Assembly: GCF_022369455.1 (NCBI RefSeq)
Contig: NZ_CP059599.1
Coordinates: forward strand, 66,409 to 90,408
Direction of reading: 5' to 3'
DNA from: Campylobacter sp. RM5004
GTDB lineage: Bacteria > Campylobacterota > Campylobacteria > Campylobacterales > Campylobacteraceae
DNA length: 24,000 bases
The translations under genes were made by a program, and so were the position numbers. This document shows, one piece after another, positions 15,915-22,130 of this stretch; positions within the stretch are counted from its first letter, which is position 1, and the number at the start of each line of letters is the position of its first letter. Under the pieces are notes generated by a model. It had not been told where the DNA came from and made no database searches. It was given only the letters and a program-made list of their open reading frames with translations.

Positions 15915-17114
15915 ATGAATAATTGGAAAAAATGTAAGCTTGGGGATGCCCCATTAGAATTTATAGACGGAGATAGGGGCAAGAACTATCCAAAACAAAA
16001 TGAATTTCATTCTAATGAATACTGCTTATTTTTAAGCACTAAAAATGTAAGAGAGAATGGTTTTGATTTTAGCGAATGTCAGTTTATTACCAAAGAAAAA
16101 GATGAGATTTTAAAAAAAGGTAAGTTAAAAATCAATGATTTAGTTTTAACCACAAGGGGAACTATCGGAAATCTAGCATTATATAAAGAAAATATATCTT
16201 ATAAAAATATAAGAATAAACTCGGGAATGCTTATAATTAGACCAAATAATGAAGAGTTGGATAGCAGATATGCGTTTTATCTTTTTAAAAATTTAAAAGA
16301 TGAATTTGATAATTTTGTTTCTGGGAGTGCTCAACCACAGCTACCTATTAGAGATTTAAAAGAAGTTGAAATTACACTACCACCACTAGAAGAGCAAAGG
16401 CAAATCGCTGCTATTTTAAGTAGTATTGATGACAAGATAGAGCTACTACACGAGCAAAACAAAACCCTGGAAGAACTCGCCCAAACTCTTTTTAGACACT
16501 ATTTCATAGAAAACCCAAACCCATCTTGGCAAGAAAAACCATTGAGTGATTTTGGCAATATAATTTGTGGAAAAACTCCATCAAAAAAGGTTAATGAGTA
16601 TTACAATGGAGATATTCCATTTATTAAAATTCCTGATATGCACGGAAATATTTTTGTGTTTAAAACAAATGAGTATTTATCCGAGCTAGGCTCACAAACT
16701 CAAATAAATAAATTAATCCCAAAAAAGAGTATTTGCGTCAGCTGTATAGCTACGGTTGGCGTGGTATCTATGAATGCTTTTGAAAGTTATACAAATCAGC
16801 AAATAAACTCTATCGTTCCTAAAAAAGAGCATTATAGATATTTTCTTTATTTGTATATGAAACATTTGTATGATTATTTGCAAAGTATGGCAAGTGGTGG
16901 CACGGCAACGGCTAATTTAAATACAAGGGATTTTTCAAATATTCATATTTTAATGCCAGATGAAGAAATTATGATAAATTTTAATGGTAAAACAAGTGAG
17001 TATTTTGACAAAATATTTAAAAATTTAGAACAAATCCAAACCTTAGAAAATATGCGTGATATACTTATACCAAAACTCCTAAACGGAGAAATAAAAGTAG
17101 GTGGTAATCAATGA
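15915..17114 (+). CDS. hsdS: Type I R-M specificity subunit HsdS (locus B)
   Basis: The 399-aa ORF has an RBS AAGGA and two TRDs. The central conserved helix is LPPLEEQRQIAAILSSIDDKIELLHEQNKTLEELAQTLFRHYF and the C-terminal conserved helix is LENMRDILIPKLLNGEIKV. Confidence 0.9.
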   Translation: MNNWKKCKLGDAPLEFIDGDRGKNYPKQNEFHSNEYCLFLSTKNVRENGFDFSECQFITKEKDEILKKGKLKINDLVLTTRGTIGNLALYKENISYKNIRINSGMLIIRPNNEELDSRYAFYLFKNLKDEFDNFVSGSAQPQLPIRDLKEVEITLPPLEEQRQIAAILSSIDDKIELLHEQNKTLEELAQTLFRHYFIENPNPSWQEKPLSDFGNIICGKTPSKKVNEYYNGDIPFIKIPDMHGNIFVFKTNEYLSELGSQTQINKLIPKKSICVSCIATVGVVSMNAFESYTNQQINSIVPKKEHYRYFLYLYMKHLYDYLQSMASGGTATANLNTRDFSNIHILMPDEEIMINFNGKTSEYFDKIFKNLEQIQTLENMRDILIPKLLNGEIKVGGNQ

Positions 17115-17689
17115 ATTTTGATTTAAGTGAATTTTTAAAGTATTTTAAAAGTTTATTTTCTGTTGCATTTGCTGTTTTGATAGCTGGGGTTATCTTGCTA
17201 AGCTTTGAAGATTTTTTAGGAAAATTTTTAGGGATAGAAGAATTGCTAAATAATTATAAAGGCATATTAGGTTTAGCAGTGTTTCTATCTTTTATAATTG
17301 TTTTAGCAAAAGCATTTGAACAGATTGTTGTTTTTTATAAAGATATAAAGAAAAAAAGAGATTTGCAAAATAAATATAACAATAAAAAATCAGCCTATAA
17401 AAATACTTTAATAAATCTAAAACTAGATGAAAAAATGTTGCTTATGGAATTTTTATGCGATGAAACAGGTATGATAAGAATTGATTTTGATTTCAATAGA
17501 TATGATGGGATAGACAGAGTTGTAACTTTTTTAACTACAAGAAAAATAATATATCTAGCATGTAATGAGTATATTAGTGGTATTTATAAGATTGATAAGC
17601 TTTATTTTGAAATAATGCAAGAAAATCCAAAAGAAATATTTTACGAAGATGAATTTAAAGAATACTTTATAGAAGAAAAGGAGAGTTAA
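17111..17689 (+). CDS. Small two-TM membrane protein, possibly SieB (superinfection exclusion B)-like; hsd-embedded passenger
   Basis: The 192-aa ORF has an ATG that overlaps the hsdS-B stop (ATGA), and its own stop lies 1 nt before the hsdR-B ATG. Two hydrophobic helices (LFSVAFAVLIAGVILLSF, ILGLAVFLSFIIVLAKAF) are followed by a basic coil and a soluble tail (LDEKMLLMEFLCDETGMIRIDF). The SieB resemblance is from memory of the family layout only. Confidence 0.6.
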   Translation: MNFDLSEFLKYFKSLFSVAFAVLIAGVILLSFEDFLGKFLGIEELLNNYKGILGLAVFLSFIIVLAKAFEQIVVFYKDIKKKRDLQNKYNNKKSAYKNTLINLKLDEKMLLMEFLCDETGMIRIDFDFNRYDGIDRVVTFLTTRKIIYLACNEYISGIYKIDKLYFEIMQENPKEIFYEDEFKEYFIEEKES

Positions 17690-17690
17690 A

Positions 17691-20600
17691 ATGAGCAAGG
17701 CGAAGACTAGCGAGTTTGATTTGGAGCAGTTTGTCATATCATCACTGCTTGAGCATGGGTGGTGCTATGAAAAGCCTATAAGAGCTACCGATGAAGTCTT
17801 GCTAGAAACTAGCCTTATAAATGCACTTTGTAGGCTAAATCCACAGCTTGATTTATCAAAAGCTAATGAGATTTATAAAGAGTTAAAAAGCATAAATCAT
17901 CTTAGCCTTTTAGATAGTAACGAAAACTTTCATTATAAGCTTGTAAATGGCGTAAATATAAGCACCACAAAAGACGGCGAAAGTAGAGCCGATATCATAA
18001 ATCTAATTGATTTTGATAATGTAAGCAACAATGAATTTATAGTAACAAACCAGCTAAGTATCACAGAAGCTAAAGAAAACAAAATCCCCGATGTAGTGCT
18101 ATACATAAATGGAATTCCACTTGTTTTAATGGAGCTAAAAAGCCCAAGTGATGAAAACGCCACGATAAACTCAGCCTATAATCAAATAAACACTTATAAA
18201 CAAGCAATCCCAAGTATTTTTGTCTACAATGCTTTTTGTGTGATAAGCGATGGGTATTTTGCTAGGGCGGGGAGTATTTCGGCTGATTTTTCAAGGTTTA
18301 TGGCGTGGAAAAGTAGCGACGGGATAAACTACGCTCCAAACAAGTCTTTAGAGATAAAAACCCTAATAGATGGTATGCTAAACCCAAAAACCTTGCTAGA
18401 TATCATTTGCAATTTTATAGTTTTTGAAAAAGAGCAGATAAAGGATATAAACGATATTTTGAGCATAAAAACTACCAAAAAAATCGCAGCCTATCATCAA
18501 TACTACGCAGTAAATAAAGCTATTAGTAGAACAATCACGGCAAGCAGCAAAGACGGAGACAAAAAAGGCGGCGTGGTATGGCATACGCAAGGTAGTGGGA
18601 AGTCTTTGTCTATGGTGTTTTATAGTGCTAAAGCGATAAAGGCTTTAAACAATCCTACGATTTTGGTTATCACGGATAGAAATGACTTAGATGACCAGCT
18701 TTTTGGCACTTTTGCAAGTTGTGCGAACCTTTTAAGACAAGAGCCAAAACAAGCAAACGATAAAGAGCATTTAAAAGAGCTTTTAAAGGTGGCTAGTGGT
18801 GGAGTGGTATTTACTACTATTCAAAAATTTAGCCCAGAAAATGACAATGTATTTGAGTGCTTATCGCTTAGGGATAATATCATCGTGATTGCAGATGAAG
18901 CACACAGAACCCAATATGGCTTTGATGCAAAAGTAGTAGAAGAAAAGTCAAAAAGTGGCGATGTGCTAGGGCAAAAGATAGTCTATGGTTTCGCAAAATA
19001 TTTGCGTGATGCTTTGCCAAATGCTACTTATATAGGATTTACAGGGACACCTATTGAAAGCCATGATGTAAATACCCCTGCAGTTTTTGGAAACTACATA
19101 GATATATATGATATATCAAGAGCTGTTGAAGATGGTGCTACTGTGAGTATATACTATGAAAGCAGACTTGCTAAAATAGAGCTAAGCGAAGAAGGAAAAA
19201 AGCTCATAGATGAACTAGATGAAAAGCTTGAAAATCAAGAAAACGAAAAAGCAAAAGCTACCAAGCTAGAAGCAGTAGTGGGTAGCACAAGCAGACTAAA
19301 ACAAATCGCTAAAGATATAGTAGAACACTTTGAGGCAAGGTCTAGTAAGCTCGGCGGAAAAGGTATGATAGTAAGTATAAGCCGAAGTGTAGCTATAAAG
19401 CTATATGATGAAATTATAAAAATAAGACCAAACTGGCATAGCGATGAGCTAAATATCGGGGCTATAAAAGTAGTGATGACTTCAAGCTCTAGCGATGGAG
19501 CAGAGTTCAGCAAACATCACACAAGCAAGGCTCAAAAGCAGTTTTTGGCAAATCGTATGAGAGATATAAACGATGAGCTAAAGCTTGTTATCGTGGTGGA
19601 TATGTGGCTAACTGGCTTTGATGTGCCATCGCTTCATACTCTTTATATAGATAAGCCTATGAAAGGGCATAACCTAATGCAAGCGATAGCTAGGGTAAAT
19701 AGGGTTTATAAGGATAAACCTAGTGGGCTTGTGGTGGATTATCTTGGGATTGCAAGTGATTTGAAAAAGGCTTTATCGTTTTATAGTGAAAGTGGTGGCA
19801 AGGGCGATATAGTAACCACTCAAGAAGACGCTGTAAAGGTGATGATAGAAAAGCTAGAGATTGTAGAGCAAATGCTACCAAATGACTATGAAAGATATTT
19901 TGAGCTTGATACTGGGGCTAGGCTTGATTATATCCTTGATGTAGAAGAGCATATATTATCAAATGAAAATGGCAAAGATAGGTTTATGAGCGAGTTTGCA
20001 AGGCTTGATAAAGCCTATACGATAGCTATACCGCACGAAAAAGCCTTGAGTATAAAGGATAAAATCGCTTTTATGTATGCGATAAAGGCTAGATTTTTAA
20101 AGTTTGCTAGGGTAAATGAGAGTGAAAACTCGCTTAATCAAACTTTGATAAAACAAGTGGTAGATAAGGCTATCGTATCATCTAGTGTGGTGGATATTTT
20201 TGATGCTAGTGGGATAAAAAAGCCTGATATATCTATACTTTCTGATGAGTTTTTGCTAGAAGTAAAGAATATGAAGCGTAAAAACTTAGCCTTTGAAATG
20301 CTAAAAAAGATACTAAACGATGAGATAAAATTAAGGCAAAAACTAAGCCTAACAAAGACTAAAAAACTAGCCGAAATGCTAAACGAGGCTATCAAAAAAT
20401 ATAACAATAAGCTAATCTCATCAAGCGAGGCACTAGATGAGCTAATAAATATGAGTAAAAGCATAGCAAGTATGGATGATGAGGCTAAAAAACTAGGGCT
20501 AAAAGACTATGAATACGCTTTTTACTCAGCACTTGCTTGTAATGATGAGTATGAAAAAATCTTAGGAAATGAAAAGCTTTTAGCCCTTGTTAGCGAGATA

Positions 20601-20786
20601 CTACAAATCATCAAAAATAATGCAAGTATAGACTGGATGATAAAAGAAAATGTAAGAGCAAGGCTAAGAGTAGCTGTAAAAAGAGTGCTCAATAAATACG
20701 GCTATCCACCTGATATGCAACAACTTGCGATTGATGGAGTTTTAGCTCAAGCTGAGATTTTGGCTATGGAATTAGCTAGCGAGTAG
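17691..20786 (+). CDS. hsdR: Type I R-M restriction/helicase subunit HsdR (locus B), full length
   Basis: The ORF is 1031 aa. The nuclease motif is IPDVVLYINGIPLVLMELKSP. Helicase motifs are VVWHTQGSGKSLSMVF, VIADEAHRTQYG, FTGTPI, VVDMWLTGFDVPSLHTLYIDK and QAIARVNRV. It has a long helical C-terminal region. Confidence 0.93.
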   Translation: MSKAKTSEFDLEQFVISSLLEHGWCYEKPIRATDEVLLETSLINALCRLNPQLDLSKANEIYKELKSINHLSLLDSNENFHYKLVNGVNISTTKDGESRADIINLIDFDNVSNNEFIVTNQLSITEAKENKIPDVVLYINGIPLVLMELKSPSDENATINSAYNQINTYKQAIPSIFVYNAFCVISDGYFARAGSISADFSRFMAWKSSDGINYAPNKSLEIKTLIDGMLNPKTLLDIICNFIVFEKEQIKDINDILSIKTTKKIAAYHQYYAVNKAISRTITASSKDGDKKGGVVWHTQGSGKSLSMVFYSAKAIKALNNPTILVITDRNDLDDQLFGTFASCANLLRQEPKQANDKEHLKELLKVASGGVVFTTIQKFSPENDNVFECLSLRDNIIVIADEAHRTQYGFDAKVVEEKSKSGDVLGQKIVYGFAKYLRDALPNATYIGFTGTPIESHDVNTPAVFGNYIDIYDISRAVEDGATVSIYYESRLAKIELSEEGKKLIDELDEKLENQENEKAKATKLEAVVGSTSRLKQIAKDIVEHFEARSSKLGGKGMIVSISRSVAIKLYDEIIKIRPNWHSDELNIGAIKVVMTSSSSDGAEFSKHHTSKAQKQFLANRMRDINDELKLVIVVDMWLTGFDVPSLHTLYIDKPMKGHNLMQAIARVNRVYKDKPSGLVVDYLGIASDLKKALSFYSESGGKGDIVTTQEDAVKVMIEKLEIVEQMLPNDYERYFELDTGARLDYILDVEEHILSNENGKDRFMSEFARLDKAYTIAIPHEKALSIKDKIAFMYAIKARFLKFARVNESENSLNQTLIKQVVDKAIVSSSVVDIFDASGIKKPDISILSDEFLLEVKNMKRKNLAFEMLKKILNDEIKLRQKLSLTKTKKLAEMLNEAIKKYNNKLISSSEALDELINMSKSIASMDDEAKKLGLKDYEYAFYSALACNDEYEKILGNEKLLALVSEILQIIKNNASIDWMIKENVRARLRVAVKRVLNKYGYPPDMQQLAIDGVLAQAEILAMELASE

Positions 20787-20815
20787 AGCTTGGCTTAAAG
20801 CTAAGTGTGATTTTA

Positions 20816-20948
20816 GGAATTTGAAATAGGAATTTAAAAGTAAATTTCGTTTGTTTAAGGAATTTATTTCGTGTATTTTTGGCTAGGTTTTATTGTGAAA
20901 TCCTAACCCAAAGTGGTGTCAAACAAACGAAATTCCGAGTTTAAATTC
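20816..20948. repeat. Junction repeat cluster between convergent genes: inverted A (20816-20856), exact inverted B (20860-20879), forward A (20921-20948, 2 mismatches)
   Basis: These are direct matches to the other copies. The forward A ends at the stop codon of the - strand gene. Confidence 0.85.
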
Positions 20949-22039
20949 TAGTTATTTTTAGTGGTGTTTTCTTCTTTTTTGCTTTCTTTAGATTTTTCTA
21001 AATCTTGTTCATTTTGTTCTTTGTTTTCATTGTTTGTTTTATCGCTACTATCTTCTGTATTAGCAATATCTTGCTTTTTACCATCTCTTATTATGTGAAT
21101 GTCTTTTTTGACAAATTCAACCCTTATGCTTTTTCTACAATCATCTAATGTTTTGTTTATTTCCATATTTTCACTGCATAACTCCACATAGGCAATGTCT
21201 CCTAAAGTTGATAATATTTTCACATCTTTTAGCTCAATATGATCGCCTTTATAATGATAATTTTTTGTATATTTCTCTTTTTTATCTTCTATATCTACAA
21301 TATCTTTTATAAAGTTATTTTTATCAACCATTATTGTAGTATTATAATCTCCTAAGCCAGAAAGAGATGAAATACTTATCTTAGACAAAGCAAAAATAGT
21401 TACTGATACAAATAGTATTATCGGTCTAATGTAGTTTATGTTACTTTTGTTTGCTTTAAAAAATACTATAAGATTTAATATAATTAAGACTATAAATAAT
21501 ACAAAAAATAAATAAATATCTTGCTTTTCATAATTATTGTAAAATATCATAAAAATAGAAACATAAACTATCAGCAATACAATTATAAAGTATATATAAT
21601 CATAATATTTTAGTGGCTTACCATCTTTTTTTGAATTTTTAATTTGCCATACAAATTCTGTTGAAATATATAACATAAATATTAAGAACATAAACCAAGA
21701 TAAGTTAGAAAACCCAAAGGCCAATAATTGTTCAAATGTTAAATCTACTTGATAGCGTAAGTCTAAAACATATATTTTTGCATAATTTAGTGCAGAGCCT
21801 ATAATTAGTATTAGTAATAAAATTTACCCTAAAGCAAGAGATGTTTGTCCATATTTTTTAATATTTTTATATATCCGTCTTGTTGTTAGTTTATTAGTTT
21901 GAAAAAAATCTTCATCATTTTGTTCTTTGTTTGTAGAAGTTGCAGGTTTATCTTTTATCTGCTTATGATTTCTTTGTAAACATGGAAAAATATTGTTAAA
22001 TAGTTCTATAGTTTTGTTTATATATTTTTTTATACTCAT
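20948..22039 (-). pseudogene. Polytopic membrane protein, paralogue of 11678-12643, interrupted by one in-frame TAA
   Basis: The listed ORFs 21824-22039 and 20948-21724 are in the same frame, and the 33 codons between them are open. The only interruption is the TAA at 21824-21826. A good RBS (AAGGA) precedes the ATG at 22039, but none precedes the TTG at 21724. The residues right after the stop (ILLLILIIGSAL...YAKIYVLDLRYQVDLTFEQLLAFGFSNLSWFMFLIF) align with the paralogue (15/36 identical). Confidence 0.55.
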
Positions 22040-22130
22040 TTTAATCCTTTAAATATTTTTTTATATTCTAGCATATTAATATCCCGTGAAGTTTGTTTGA
22101 TTATCATTTAGTAAAAACAAAGGGAAGAAA

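Noticed and set aside
15677-15954. ORFs 15677-15922 (+) and 15751-15954 (-) in the AlbA_2-hsdS spacer
   Set aside because: Both are read straight through the direct repeats and the junction repeat. The same repeat is open in several frames wherever it occurs. There is no RBS and no recognisable protein features.
4363-17114. hsdS shufflon or phase-variable specificity switching between hsdS-A and hsdS-B
   Set aside because: The two hsdS genes are in the same orientation, 10 kb apart. They share only short patches in the conserved helices. There are no inverted partial hsdS copies and no recombinase gene in the window.
20787-20802. Terminator hairpin right after hsdR-B (AGCTT-GGCTTA-AAGCT)
   Set aside because: The stem is only 5 bp and AT-rich, with no U-tract. 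The larger inverted junction-repeat pair downstream is a more plausible structure, but it too is unproven.
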